Source: Planctomycetota bacterium (GTDB lineage: Bacteria; Planctomycetota; UBA8108; SXIK01). Taken from it: 64,000 nucleotides of DNA. The notes under the pieces are model-generated. The model had not been told where the DNA came from, made no database searches, and saw only the letters and a program-made list of their open reading frames with translations. How positions within the stretch are numbered: the stretch's first letter is position 1; the number at the start of each line of letters is the position of its first letter. The DNA is taken from positions 7,840,001 through 7,904,000 of the forward strand of contig OZ244999.1 in NCBI GenBank assembly GCA_965223265.1, read 5' to 3'. This document shows positions 1-10,697 of the stretch, piece by piece. The position numbers were made by a program, and so were the translations under genes.

Positions 1-1143
1 GTCGGAGCCCTCAATTGCCAGCTCGCCATCGACGAACCGAATTTCTGAACCGTCGATACCGGGGTCGGACACGACCGTATACGTCGCCCGTTGGATGGCG
101 GATCGACCCGCGGGTAAACTGCTCGAGTCACCCATCAAATCAAGCACCTGAGTAACAACGAAACCACCATCGACAATCCGCTCGATGTCGAAAGGCGTTC
201 CTCCCGCGAACGTTTCTGTGGCCGTGTCGGTGATGGTCAAATCATCCTCGGCCAAGCTCAAGACGCGTTGATCGTGGGCAATACCAAAAGCCCACCCTTG
301 TACCGCGATGTCGCCTATGTCCGCATTGACTACGACCGGTACACGCGTTCTACCCAACTCGAAGACCGGGCACTCGAATACGTTCGACCGAGTCGTCTCA
401 ATCGAGTCCGCGACAAAGAATTCGAAGGAGATCGATAGCTCAACTTCGGCGCATGGTTCGGCTTGACTTACAGAGGGACAAAACTCTTCAAGCAGCTCCG
501 GTGGGGAGTCGAACCGCCGTCGTAAGAGTGCGTTTCGAAGCTGGGTTGGCTGGCGTGCCTGGCCGTGAACCTGCAGTTCGATTGGAACGAATGAAGCTCC
601 GTCCGCTGCAAGACCTTCCGAAAAGCGAAGCGAGGTCCCTCCTGTGCCCGCGTCGGCAATCAGACGGTAGCTCACACTGACAAGGGAGTTCCTTCCTGTT
701 GGCAGCGTCGCAAGACCCGACGTATCCAGGCTGACCGCAACAGTGTAGCCGCCTGGAACGATTTGATGCTGTATAAACGGCGCCGCACCGAGGCTTGTCT
801 CAGCGTCAGTTCCGTGCAGAGAAGGCTCGCCGTTAAGACGAAGAAACCGAGCTTCGTGCGCGACCCCAAACGACCATCCAGCGATCGCATTCCTTGGCGT
901 GTCGGCCTGCACCGTTGTGGTAACGAGAGCTTCTGGGGTGAACGAATCGTAAACAAAGAGAGATTCCTCGGCGCGAGTCGGATCAGTGACAACCGAGCTC
1001 GACGCACGGAAAAGGATAGCCAATTCACCTTCGACGCACCGCAAATCGCTCACGCAGAATTCTCGCGTGATCGGGAAGCTCGGACCTGAAAACAGGCTTG
1101 GAAGCCACATAGCCATCAACAGAACAACGCAGAGTAACCGCAC
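1..1143 (-). CDS. Secreted protein with tandem cohesin-like repeats (partial, runs off the left edge; absent from ORF track)
   Basis: Manual translation gives an open frame from GTG at 1143 (AGGAG upstream) to position 1. N-terminus MRLLCVVLLMAMWLPSLFSG looks like a signal peptide. Two similar units 194 aa apart: GWSFGVAHE (856-879) and QGWAFGIAHD (274-300), each followed by a GG(Y/F)xV..LD..LPxGR...Y segment. Confidence 0.8.
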   Translation of the reverse strand, partial: MRLLCVVLLMAMWLPSLFSGPSFPITREFCVSDLRCVEGELAILFRASSSVVTDPTRAEESLFVYDSFTPEALVTTTVQADTPRNAIAGWSFGVAHEARFLRLNGEPSLHGTDAETSLGAAPFIQHQIVPGGYTVAVSLDTSGLATLPTGRNSLVSVSYRLIADAGTGGTSLRFSEGLAADGASFVPIELQVHGQARQPTQLRNALLRRRFDSPPELLEEFCPSVSQAEPCAEVELSISFEFFVADSIETTRSNVFECPVFELGRTRVPVVVNADIGDIAVQGWAFGIAHDQRVLSLAEDDLTITDTATETFAGGTPFDIERIVDGGFVVTQVLDLMGDSSSLPAGRSAIQRATYTVVSDPGIDGSEIRFVDGELAIEGSD

Positions 1144-1432
1144 AATTCAAGCTCCTGTAAGGACGGCTTAACCGAAACGTCTCGTTCCGCCGAATGCGGT
1201 AAGACGTCATGGAATGAGCGCTCGGCGACGTCGTCAGCTGGAACCACAACTGCGACTGCCCGAGACCCGTCTACCCAAGAGGGCTCTACGGTTTTCGTGA
1301 TACAATTGTTGTGGTCCCACTGTGACCGTGTTGCAAGAAGAAACTGACGCTATCAGGGAATTCTGCAGCCGTATCTCGGAAGCATCGCTGTTTTGGCGAC
1401 TGTTCCGTTCAATGGCTCAACTCTGACGCCGC

Positions 1433-1891
1433 GTGCGCGTAGAACTACTCCCCGTGTCCCAACCTGACCGCGAACTCGTCATTTTTGAAGGCCTCATCAT
1501 CCCGGCGCGCTTTCTCCGCCTGCAGTTTGCGCGCTCCGGTGGGCCCGGGGGCCAGAACGTGAACAAGGTGGAGACGAAGGTTGATCTGAGGCTCGATCTG
1601 AACGGCGCCGCAGAAACCCTGGGGGAGACACGGACCGAGCGGATTCGCGAGAAACTGCAGAACAGACTCGACGCCGACGGCAACCTCCAGGTCGTCGCCA
1701 GCGAACACCGCGAGCGTGCGCGCAACATCGACGCTGCGTTCACGCGCATGGCGCACCTGATCCGCGACGCCCTCCACCAGCCGCCGCCGCGGCGGCCGAC
1801 ACGACCGACGCGCGCGAGCACCGAACGGCGCTTGGAAGAAAAGAAGCGCCGGAGCACGATCAAAAAGTGGAGGTCGCAGCGGGATGAATAG
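1433..1891 (+). CDS. arfB: Alternative ribosome rescue peptidyl-tRNA hydrolase ArfB (YaeJ)
   Basis: RSGGPGGQNVNKVETKV GGQ motif, short RF-1-like domain, basic C-terminal tail (RRPTRPT...RRLEEKKRRS). Confidence 0.92.
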   Translation: MRVELLPVSQPDRELVIFEGLIIPARFLRLQFARSGGPGGQNVNKVETKVDLRLDLNGAAETLGETRTERIREKLQNRLDADGNLQVVASEHRERARNIDAAFTRMAHLIRDALHQPPPRRPTRPTRASTERRLEEKKRRSTIKKWRSQRDE

Positions 1892-2038
1892 TGCGCTCGT
1901 CGGGCGTGCACGGCGCTCGAAAGCTGCCCGGAGCGCTGCGAAGGCGAGTGCCATCGCCGTCGCATGCGCCGCATCATACGGCTAGGATGTCCTCTCGTCC
2001 CATTTCCATTCGAAGAGCCGAACGAGACCCACACTCCC

Positions 2039-2478
2039 TTGAACGCTGCGCAGACTGATCACCTCTGGGCGATCACTTGCTATTTCAACCCAGTAGGCTA
2101 TCGCAGTCGCCTCGCCAACTACCGCGTCTCCGAAAGTTTCTCACGGTGCCGCTCGTTACCGTGGAACTCGCCTACAAACCAGCGTTCGAGCTTGGCGCTG
2201 GCGACGCGGATCGTTTGATCCAACTGCACGGGCGCGACGTCATTTGGCAAAAGGAACGTTTGCTGAACCTGGCACTCGCGGCGCTACCTGAAGAGTGTGA
2301 CAAAGTCGCGTGGTTAGACTCAGACGCGATCCTCAAGCGTGCGGACTGGCCACAGGCCGCGTCACGTTCACTGGGTCGCTTCGGGATCGTTCAGCTCTTT
2401 CATGAACTCTACGATCTCTCTCCGGGTGCATGTCTGAGCGATGTTCACCTCGCGACCCAGACGCCGACGAGTCCCTAG
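2039..2478 (+). pseudogene. Frameshifted, probably truncated glycosyltransferase-like gene
   Basis: WAITCYFNPVGYRSRLANYRV in one frame continues as RKFLTVPLVTVEL...WQKERLLNLAL...VAWLDSD (DxD) in another. One extra base at 2129-2130 (gtc t[t]c cga) would join them. Confidence 0.65.
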
Positions 2479-2918
2479 CGAGAAACATCCGGGCAGGAGA
2501 TCTCCGGAACACAGCCTTCTACGTCTTTGAACGGGTAGTTACGGACGATCCCGTGACGAAAGATCTTCACCCCGTTGATGCAGCGCTCGAGGTGCTCGTC
2601 GTAGAGTGAACACGCGAGCATGGCAACGCTTGAATTCGCCCGCGAAATCCGCTCGTACAGCGAACGAATCGCATGGGGATAGAGCAGCATGTCTTCGTCG
2701 ACCTGCACGTAGTATGGGGTCTTGCAGTCGTCGAGCATGCGCTGAAACGCGGCGCTCATGGGCGCCACCCGTTCAATGGTCCGAAGGACGAACGTAGAGT
2801 CTTGGTTTCGTAAGTGTTCCACACACTGCGGGTAGGTTGGGGCGCCGACCGAAGTGACGTACACCGTCACCACTTTGGAGAGGTCGTGGCTTGGATCGTT
2901 CGCGGTCATGGCAGTCAT
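2475..2918 (-). CDS. GT-A fold (GT2-like) protein, probably C-terminally truncated
   Basis: YYVQVDEDMLLYPHA DxD motif, GGAAGGAGA RBS, only 147 aa; ends head-on with the opposite fragment. Confidence 0.6.
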   Translation of the reverse strand: MTAMTANDPSHDLSKVVTVYVTSVGAPTYPQCVEHLRNQDSTFVLRTIERVAPMSAAFQRMLDDCKTPYYVQVDEDMLLYPHAIRSLYERISRANSSVAMLACSLYDEHLERCINGVKIFRHGIVRNYPFKDVEGCVPEISCPDVSR

Positions 2919-3331
2919 TCTCCTTCCGTGTCGGTCTTTCGGAAGTCGTCAGCGGCGGTGGATGACGACTGGAGGGGACTGAATCGACTCGAGCGTCGAC
3001 TCGGCGACATCACTATACGCACCGGCGCCCTCAGCGCGCAGCTTGTTCGCAGTGGCTTCGTCGAAGACGCCGAATCTCTCCAGGAGCGCACCGGCCGGGC
3101 GATTCCAGACGCGCACTTTCCACCAGAAGGTCGTGCCCGACGCGTCGAAGGCCTACGAAAACCTGTGAGGGCATGTGTCCGCTCTCGATGTCAAAGAAAT
3201 CTCAATGAAGTGTGAGTGATGGCGTGCGAACGCGTGACGAACAGCTCAACAGAATGAGTGGAGCGGAAGGATTGTACATCGCGGCCGCACGCGCGCAAAA
3301 TGGTCGCTTCGTCCGTTGACAAGTGAAACGC

Positions 3332-4324
3332 ATGCCCGAGCTACCCGACATCACAATCTACGTGCAGGCGCTCGAAGCGCGCGTCGTCGGCGAGCCGCTT
3401 GACAACACTCGCGTCCGCAGCCCGTTTCTCCTCCGCACGTATGATCCACCCCTCGAAGCAGCGCACGGTAGGCGCGTCCTTACTGTCGAGCGAATCGGCA
3501 AACGGATCGTGCTTGGATTCGAGGATGAGCTCTTTGTTGTCCTCCATCTCATGATCGCGGGCCGACTGCGCTGGAAGGAACGACTCGCGAAGGTGCCCCA
3601 AAAAGTCGGTCTCGCTGGGTTCGATTTTCCGCAGGGGACGCTTCTGCTCACCGAGGCGTCGCCGAAGAAACGAGCCTCGCTTCACGTCGTCCGTGGCCGT
3701 GCGGCGCTGGGGGATTTCGATCGCGGCGGCTTAGAAGTGCTCATCGCCGATCTCGAATCGTTCGAGGCGGCGCTGAAGCGGGAGAACCGCACCCTCAAGC
3801 GCGCGCTCACCGACCCGCGTCTCTTCTCCGGCATCGGCAACGCGTACTCCGATGAGATTCTCCACCGCGCGCGCCTCTCACCACTGGCGAGAACGCAGTC
3901 GCTGGACGATGCCGCCGTCACGCGACTGTACGACGCGACACGGTCAACGCTCGACGAGTGGATCGACCGCCTCGGCGCCGAGCTCCGGGACGCGTTCCCC
4001 GACAAAGTCACGGCCTTCCGCGATGGCATGGCGGCTCATGGACGCTACAGCAAGCCGTGTCCAGTTTGCACGACGCCCATTCAGCGCATCGTCTACGCCG
4101 AAAACGAATGTAACTACTGCCCCGAGTGTCAAACGGGCGGCAAGTTGCTGGCGGATCGGGCGCTCTCTCGTCTTCTGCGCGGAGATTGGCCGAAAACTCT
4201 GGAGGAGCTGGAGGAGCTGCGGAGCGCCGATGCGGGGGTGGATGCACCAGAGAAATCGGCGCCGCCCGCAGCATCGCAAACCGCGAAGAGGAAAGCTCAC
4301 TCTGCGCGGCGCAAGAGACGATGA
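3332..4324 (+). CDS. Fpg/Nei family DNA glycosylase/AP lyase
   Basis: N-terminal MPELPD, RIGKR, HLMIAG, H2TH motif [11 protein letters not shown], zinc finger CPVC...CPEC. Confidence 0.92.
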   Translation: MPELPDITIYVQALEARVVGEPLDNTRVRSPFLLRTYDPPLEAAHGRRVLTVERIGKRIVLGFEDELFVVLHLMIAGRLRWKERLAKVPQKVGLAGFDFPQGTLLLTEASPKKRASLHVVRGRAALGDFDRGGLEVLIADLESFEAALKRENRTLKRALTDPRLFSGIGNAYSDEILHRARLSPLARTQSLDDAAVTRLYDATRSTLDEWIDRLGAELRDAFPDKVTAFRDGMAAHGRYSKPCPVCTTPIQRIVYAENECNYCPECQTGGKLLADRALSRLLRGDWPKTLEELEELRSADAGVDAPEKSAPPAASQTAKRKAHSARRKRR

Positions 4325-4600
4325 AGGAACGCAGCGCGAGCGACGCTTGCATATCATCGCGGCGCTCAATTGGCGAGTCGTGTCGACTGGTCGCACATAG
4401 GCGCGGATGAAGTCTGAGCCGGCGGTGTGACCAGAATCTTCCCTGCATGAAGATTTTCCATACCACGCTCGCACTTGGGCGACGCGATTCCTCGCCCTTT
4501 GTTCTCCGGAATCGCCAACGCGTGACGGCGTCATCGCTCGCAGACTGGATCGCCCAAGCGTCCGTTCCGCCACCGCAGTCCCACCCGGCACGAATCTTGC

Positions 4601-4639
4601 TGCTGATCAATCATGTTGGTCAATCATGCTGGTCAATCA
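4601..4639 (+). repeat. Three tandem 13-bp direct repeats upstream of the S8 protease
   Basis: TGCTGATCAATCA / TGTTGGTCAATCA / TGCTGGTCAATCA, about 70 nt upstream of the ATG at 4708. Confidence 0.85.
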
Positions 4640-4707
4640 TCCAGTGCCATGCACGCCCTAAAGGGCACGCGCTGAGCCACCCCAACTCTTCACAACGGAG
4701 ACGGGTC

Positions 4708-6351
4708 ATGACCCTACAGAAAACGTCAATCGTTGGAGCAGGACTCTGCCTCTTACTGCTCGCCTCGAGCGCGGCCGCGCAGGACGCCGCTCCCGACCGC
4801 GTCCTCGTCTCCTTCAAGCCGGGCGCCGCCGCCGAAGCGGTGGTCGCCGCACACGATCAGACCGGCGGCAAGGTTGTCCAGACGCTGGACGCCATCGGTG
4901 TGCAGGTGATCTCAGTTCCTGAAGGCACGGTTGAGCGCGCGATCAAGCTTTACGAGAGCAACCCCAACGTCGTCTACGCCGAGCCCAACCATCGGCGTCT
5001 CCTCTATCGACCGACGACGAACGAAGGTTCGGAGCCCGGACTCGGGATCGCTAACAACTTCGACGAGCAATGGGGACTCCACAACACCGGTCAGGCTTTC
5101 GGCGCGACGGTCGACCCACTCTTCGGCACGCTCACGGCTCCTGCCTACTCCGGCCTTGTCGATGCGGACATCGATGCTGTGGAGGGTTGGACCGTCTCCC
5201 ACGGGAGCGCCGACGTGAAAGTCGCGATCCTCGACAGCGGCGTCTCCTGCGCCCACGTTGACCTCGACTCGAAGTGCGTCGAGCAGCTGAACTTCGTCGA
5301 CGAGCACGGCTCTCCGGTGGACGATCTCGTCGGCCACGGGACGCATGTCGCGGGAATCGCTGCAGCCGAGACGGATAACGGCATCGGCACGGCAGGCGTC
5401 GCCCGCGAAGCTCGCTTCGGCTCCTTCAAAGTGTGCTACGAGGACTACTCGCTCGCGATCCTGGGCATAGTCCTCAGCTTCTGTGAGGACGAAGACATCG
5501 CCGACGCGATCATCTCCGCGACCGACGCGGGCTACGCCGTGATCAACATGAGCCTTGCGGGTCCTGATCCCTCGGCGACGTTACAGAACGCCGTCGACTA
5601 TGCCTGGTCTCAGGGTGTCGTTGTGGTTGCGGGAGCCGGCAACAGCTACACAACCGACAAGCAGTACCCTGCCGCGTTCGACAACGTCATCGCCGTTGGC
5701 GCCACCGACCGCTACGACAACCAGGCGTTCTTCTCCACCTTCAGCACAGACACCGACGACTGGGTATCCGTCGCCGCTCCTGGTGACATCATTCTCTCCG
5801 GCGTCCCAGGAGAACTCTGCGGCGTAGCGCCGAACGACCCGGAAGGCTGCTACGACTGGAAGTCGGGAACGTCGATGGCCACCCCGCACGTCGCCGGCAT
5901 CGCGGCAGTGCTTATCTCGCACCTTCCCACTGCAACCAACGCGGAAATCCGTAGCGTCATCGAGAACAGTGCCGACACGGTTGGAGCCATGGGGCAAAAC
6001 CTGCTGGCGTGGACGGAGCATGGCCGTGTCAACCTGCACAGTGCGCTCACCTACGATGGTGCCCCGGATCCGGACCCAGACCCAGGCGACACGACAGCTC
6101 CCGTGGTCTCCAACGTGCGCGTCACCAAGCCAAACAACGGTCCTCGCTTCGTCGTCCGCTGGGACACCGACGAGCCCGCCACCAGCCTGGTGACATTGAC
6201 GTGCTGCGGCTCGCTGGTCGACGACACGCTGGTAACCGATCACGGCGTCGAGGTACAAGGCAGCAAAAACACGCTGTATGAGTACTTCATCAGCAGTACG
6301 GATGAGGCCGGGAACGAAGCGACGGTTGGACCGCTGTACCACCAAAACTGA
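4708..6351 (+). CDS. Secreted S8 (subtilisin/thermitase-like) serine peptidase with C-terminal FN3-like domain
   Basis: Signal peptide, propeptide and catalytic triad motifs ILDSG, HGTHVAG, GTSMATPHVAG. PDPDPD linker then DTTAPVVSNV...WDTDEPATS. Start placed at ATG 4708 after GGAG. Confidence 0.93.
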   Translation: MTLQKTSIVGAGLCLLLLASSAAAQDAAPDRVLVSFKPGAAAEAVVAAHDQTGGKVVQTLDAIGVQVISVPEGTVERAIKLYESNPNVVYAEPNHRRLLYRPTTNEGSEPGLGIANNFDEQWGLHNTGQAFGATVDPLFGTLTAPAYSGLVDADIDAVEGWTVSHGSADVKVAILDSGVSCAHVDLDSKCVEQLNFVDEHGSPVDDLVGHGTHVAGIAAAETDNGIGTAGVAREARFGSFKVCYEDYSLAILGIVLSFCEDEDIADAIISATDAGYAVINMSLAGPDPSATLQNAVDYAWSQGVVVVAGAGNSYTTDKQYPAAFDNVIAVGATDRYDNQAFFSTFSTDTDDWVSVAAPGDIILSGVPGELCGVAPNDPEGCYDWKSGTSMATPHVAGIAAVLISHLPTATNAEIRSVIENSADTVGAMGQNLLAWTEHGRVNLHSALTYDGAPDPDPDPGDTTAPVVSNVRVTKPNNGPRFVVRWDTDEPATSLVTLTCCGSLVDDTLVTDHGVEVQGSKNTLYEYFISSTDEAGNEATVGPLYHQN

Positions 6352-6508
6352 CCACGCGCAGCCATCAAGGCGCACGCACTGTTGGTATGTTTTCGTCGCC
6401 GCTGTTTCGGGTTCACCGGATCTCGCACTTGAACTTGCATTCGTTTCGGCGTGAGATGCAGCGCTTTGAACTGCAAGGATAGACTCCATTCGGCGCCGCG
6501 TAGCGACG

Positions 6509-9103
6509 ATGAGTGAACGCGTCGCGCTCCCTATCGACCCTGCGCTCCCTGAAATCGTTGCCGCGCTCAGGCGGCACGGGAGCCTCGTGCTGATGGCCGA
6601 CCCGGGCGCTGGCAAGACCACGCGCGTGGCGCCGGCACTTCTCGCTGCGGGTCTCGCTCACTCAGGACTCATCGTAATGCTACAGCCGCGACGCGTCGCC
6701 GCCCGCGCCGTCGCCTCGCGCATCGCCTCAGAAGAAGGGTGGCGACTCGGAGGCGAAGTCGGCTACGTCGTTCGCTTCGACCGTCGCGTCTCGAAAGCGA
6801 CGCGCATTGAAATCGTTACCGAGGGCATCCTGACGCGACGCCTGCAGAACGATCCGTTTCTCAGCGGCGTCGAGATCGTCATCCTCGATGAGTTTCATGA
6901 GCGCAGTGTTCACTCCGATTTCGCTCTGGCGCTCCTAGCGGACATACGCCGGAGCGGTCGCCAGGACCTCAAGGTCGTGGTCATGTCGGCGACGCTCGAG
7001 CCCAAGCCGATCGCCGCGTTCCTTGACGACGCGCCAATCCTGCGCATCGACGCGCCGCCGCACGAAGTCGCGACCGAATATCTCGAGCGCAGCGAGCGTC
7101 CGACCGTCATCGCGACCACCACCGCACAGGGCATCCGATCGATGTGGCGACCCCGCGGCGGCCACGTGCTCGCGTTTCTTCCTGGCCGGCGAGAGATTGA
7201 GCGAGTGCGAAGCGAGCTGGAGACTTTCGCGGCCGATCGCGGCGCCACCATCGTACCGCTCCACGGCGGCTTGGATCTCGCCACCCAAGAGCTGGCACTA
7301 CAGCCGAGTCGCACGCGGAAGATCATCCTCGCCACCAACATTGCCGAGACTTCGCTCACCGTCGATGGTGTCGACACTGTAGTCGACTCTGGTTATGCTC
7401 GCTTGCTGCGACGCGATCCGTGCCATGGGATCAATCGGCTCGAACTCGTGCGCATCAGTCGCAATTCGGCGACGCAGCGCGCCGGGCGAGCTGCGCGTCA
7501 AGGGCCTGGGCGAGCGCTTCGACTCTGGACCCGCAGCGAGCACGCGGACCTATGCGCCGCGGATCCGCCCGAGATCATGCGAGTCGACCTGGCGGCACTG
7601 ATACTCGAGCTCAAATCGTGGGGAATCCGTGACCCGCATCAGTTCGACTGGTTCGAGCCGCCACCGCCGGAGTTGGTGCGGCAAGCCGAGAAACTGCTCG
7701 CCCAGCTCGGCGCCATCACGGCCATCGGCGGCGGCGTCACCCGACTAGGCGAAACCCTTTGTTCGCTGCCAACGCACCCGCGCCTCGGACGGCTCCTGCT
7801 GGCGGCGGGCAAGCACGGCGAACTGCGCCGCGGAGCCACGCTGGCAGCGCTCATCGAAGAGCGTGACATGCTGTCGCGAGAAACCGTTGAGAGACACGCC
7901 GCGCAGGAAGTCGGGCCTTCCGATCTTCTTCTGCGCCTCGACCTGATGGAGGCGCAAGGCGAGAGCTCTCGGGTGCGGAAACCGGTGGAAGCGTCGCCGA
8001 GTGTCAGTCGCCGTGCGGTGCAAGCCATTCACCGCACGCGTGAGGCGCTCCTGCGCAGTGCGGCGGTAAGCGGTTCAAAAGCAAGAACAACGGAACGCGC
8101 GAGCGAGAGCGACACCGACAGGTCTGACGAAGTCTTGCTGCGCGCGCTGCTCGCCGCCTACCCGGATCGCGTCGCCCGTCGGCGGACACCTCAATCGGAA
8201 CGCGCGCGCATGGTGGGTGGCCGAGGCGTGCGGCTGGCGCGAGAAAGCATCGTGCGAGACGCGGAGCTCTTCGTGGCCGTTGACATCGACGACACGCCCG
8301 GCCACGGAACCGGCGAGGCTTTGGTACGTGTCGCCAGCGCGATCAAAGCAGACTGGCTGCGGGACGACTTCCCGGACGCGCTAAGAAGTACGGAGCACGT
8401 TTGGTTCGACGCCGAAAGCGAGAAGGTGCGTGCAGCACGAACACTCTGTTATCACGATCTTCCCCTCGAAGAACCGCGCGAGTGTCGACCGCCACCCGAA
8501 GCGGCCGCTACCGCGCTCCGCGAGGTGGTTCAGGATCGTGGCGGCGAAGTGTTTGCTCGCTTCGACGCGCCACGCCGCTTCATCGCGCGAGTACTCTCGT
8601 TGGCGGAGTGGATGCCAGAATTGCAGCTCCCAGCGCTGACGGACACGGCGCTTGGCGAGTTGCTCGCCGCGCAAGTTGCCGGTAAGACTGCGCTACGAGA
8701 GTTTTCAGAGCGTGCGCTCCTCGGAATTCTCCAAAACGGTCTCAGCCACGAACAACTGGCCGCCGTCGAACGCTACGCACCCGAGCGCCTGCAAGTGCCG
8801 AGCGGCAGCCGCATTCAGCTCGACTATCAGCCGGGCAAACCGCCGACGCTCGCCGTCAAGCTGCAGGAGCTCTTCGGACTCGAGCAGACGCCGACGGTCG
8901 CCGGCGGCCGCCAAAGCGTGCTGCTGCATCTCTTGGCGCCCAACGGGCGCGCAGTCCAGGTGACGCAAGATCTTGTGAGCTTCTGGGCGAACACCTACGC
9001 GGAAGTGCGCAAGGAGCTGCGCGGACGCTATCCAAAGCATGCCTGGCCGGAGCGGCCGCTCGAGGCGTCGCCGACCCGGGGGACACGGCGACGACGCAGC
9101 TAA
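6509..9103 (+). CDS. hrpB: ATP-dependent RNA helicase HrpB
   Basis: PGAGKTT, DEFHER, MSAT, ATNIAETSLT and QRAGRA motifs; HrpB C-terminus LQELFG...FWANTY...LRGRYPKHAWP. Confidence 0.96.
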   Translation: MSERVALPIDPALPEIVAALRRHGSLVLMADPGAGKTTRVAPALLAAGLAHSGLIVMLQPRRVAARAVASRIASEEGWRLGGEVGYVVRFDRRVSKATRIEIVTEGILTRRLQNDPFLSGVEIVILDEFHERSVHSDFALALLADIRRSGRQDLKVVVMSATLEPKPIAAFLDDAPILRIDAPPHEVATEYLERSERPTVIATTTAQGIRSMWRPRGGHVLAFLPGRREIERVRSELETFAADRGATIVPLHGGLDLATQELALQPSRTRKIILATNIAETSLTVDGVDTVVDSGYARLLRRDPCHGINRLELVRISRNSATQRAGRAARQGPGRALRLWTRSEHADLCAADPPEIMRVDLAALILELKSWGIRDPHQFDWFEPPPPELVRQAEKLLAQLGAITAIGGGVTRLGETLCSLPTHPRLGRLLLAAGKHGELRRGATLAALIEERDMLSRETVERHAAQEVGPSDLLLRLDLMEAQGESSRVRKPVEASPSVSRRAVQAIHRTREALLRSAAVSGSKARTTERASESDTDRSDEVLLRALLAAYPDRVARRRTPQSERARMVGGRGVRLARESIVRDAELFVAVDIDDTPGHGTGEALVRVASAIKADWLRDDFPDALRSTEHVWFDAESEKVRAARTLCYHDLPLEEPRECRPPPEAAATALREVVQDRGGEVFARFDAPRRFIARVLSLAEWMPELQLPALTDTALGELLAAQVAGKTALREFSERALLGILQNGLSHEQLAAVERYAPERLQVPSGSRIQLDYQPGKPPTLAVKLQELFGLEQTPTVAGGRQSVLLHLLAPNGRAVQVTQDLVSFWANTYAEVRKELRGRYPKHAWPERPLEASPTRGTRRRRS

Positions 9104-9159
9104 CGGGCACGCCAGATCGCAAAGCAACGCAGGCAAGCGAGACCAAACGACCGGCCGGC

Positions 9160-10566
9160 TCATCGAGTGCGTGGCATGCGCGCCCACAGTCCAATAGGTT
9201 TTTCTTCGTGCTTGATCACGTGCGTAAAAAAGTAGTACGCCAGCGGCAGTCCCAAGAGTAACCCCCAAAACCCGAGCGCATGATGGCCGATGACGAGAAT
9301 CACCAGCACAAGCACCGGATTCACCTTGAGCGCGGCGCCCATGATGCGCGGGTTGAGCAGATAGGCCTCAACGAAGTGGATGCCGACGATGAAGGCGACC
9401 GCGAGCGCGCATTTGGTGAGCCCACCTTGATAAAGCGCCACGACGCAGATAGGCCCGGAGGAGATGAACACCCCGGCGACCGGAATGAAACCACAGATGA
9501 AAACAACGAGGGACAGGAAGGCGACATGCGGAATCCCGAGAACCCACAGACCAATCGCCGTCAGCACAGTGTTGACGAGTGCGATCACAGCCTGCGCCTC
9601 GAGCACTTTACCGAGCACCTTGCCGAACGTGAGGAGGCTGGCGCCCGTCTCGCGGTAAAACTCGTGCAGCTTCGTCGCCTCAAGCTTCCTCACCTCCCGC
9701 GTGATGCCTTCGAGATCGAGCACGATGAGAAAGCTGAAAAGCGTCGCGAGAAAGAGAAGTGAAAAGAGCTCCGCCGCCAAAGCCACCGTGCTGGTGATGA
9801 ATCGCGGCGAATTCTCGACCGTCCACTTCGTGAAGCGGTCGAGTGCCTGTTTCACCGCCGGCACTTCAAGGAGACCAAGCGGCGCACCGCCATCCGTGCC
9901 ATCGGCAGCGGCTAACCCTTGACTTGAGGCGTCCGCGTCCCCGTCGCCAGAAGTCCGCGGGCCTTCGAGCGCGCCGCCCGAGGGAACCGGGCTGTCGGTC
10001 GAACCTGACGTACTTGTCGTCGAACCACCCAGCCGATTCAAGAGACCGCGGTACCAAGACGACTTCTGGAGTAGCTCGGGCTCGATCTCCACCGACCACC
10101 GCTGCTGAAACCCACGCATCATCTCCGTGATCTTGACGGCACCTGCCTTGACGCGCGGCACAAGGAGCCAACCCACGAGCACCCACACGAGCAGGAAGGC
10201 GACGAACGTGCACACGACGCGCCACCGCCAGCTCACGCTCGGGAAAGGTCGCGACAAGAGCGTCGCGACGGTCGAACTGACGAACGCGAAGACGAACGTC
10301 AGAAAGATCAACGGAAAGAAGTCGCCGAGTAGCCAGAGAAGGAGAAAGAAAGCGCCCCAGATGACGGCCTTGCGAGCCAGCTCCGTCAGCCACGTCGCCG
10401 AACGCCAGAAACGCAGCCTGTGCCGGCGAATCTCCGCTTCGATGGCTGCTGACTCCACGGCAGATGAGTCACTCTGATTGCCAGCGTGAACGTCACTGCC
10501 TTCGCCCGTGCCATCCGACCCACGGTCGCCCGGTGCACCCGACTCTTCGCTTCCTTTTCGCGGCAT
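9160..10566 (-). CDS. AI-2E family (UPF0118) transporter
   Basis: Multiple TM segments, GFIPVAGVFISSGP and EAYLLNPRIMG...VNP motifs. Confidence 0.88.
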   Translation of the reverse strand: MPRKGSEESGAPGDRGSDGTGEGSDVHAGNQSDSSAVESAAIEAEIRRHRLRFWRSATWLTELARKAVIWGAFFLLLWLLGDFFPLIFLTFVFAFVSSTVATLLSRPFPSVSWRWRVVCTFVAFLLVWVLVGWLLVPRVKAGAVKITEMMRGFQQRWSVEIEPELLQKSSWYRGLLNRLGGSTTSTSGSTDSPVPSGGALEGPRTSGDGDADASSQGLAAADGTDGGAPLGLLEVPAVKQALDRFTKWTVENSPRFITSTVALAAELFSLLFLATLFSFLIVLDLEGITREVRKLEATKLHEFYRETGASLLTFGKVLGKVLEAQAVIALVNTVLTAIGLWVLGIPHVAFLSLVVFICGFIPVAGVFISSGPICVVALYQGGLTKCALAVAFIVGIHFVEAYLLNPRIMGAALKVNPVLVLVILVIGHHALGFWGLLLGLPLAYYFFTHVIKHEEKPIGLWARMPRTR

Positions 10567-10697
10567 ATCTCGTCAACCATTCGCCGAGGAACTCGCGACA
10601 ACTATACAGCTGCAGCGCAGGCGTTTCCAACCGTGAACAGCCCTTTGACAGCCGACCAGCGCAACCAGCGCCATAATCGAGCCAAGCAGCTGGGCTG

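Noticed and set aside
10645-10677. TTGACA...CATAAT promoter-like pair antisense to uxaC
   Set aside because: Spacer is 21 nt, too long for sigma70.
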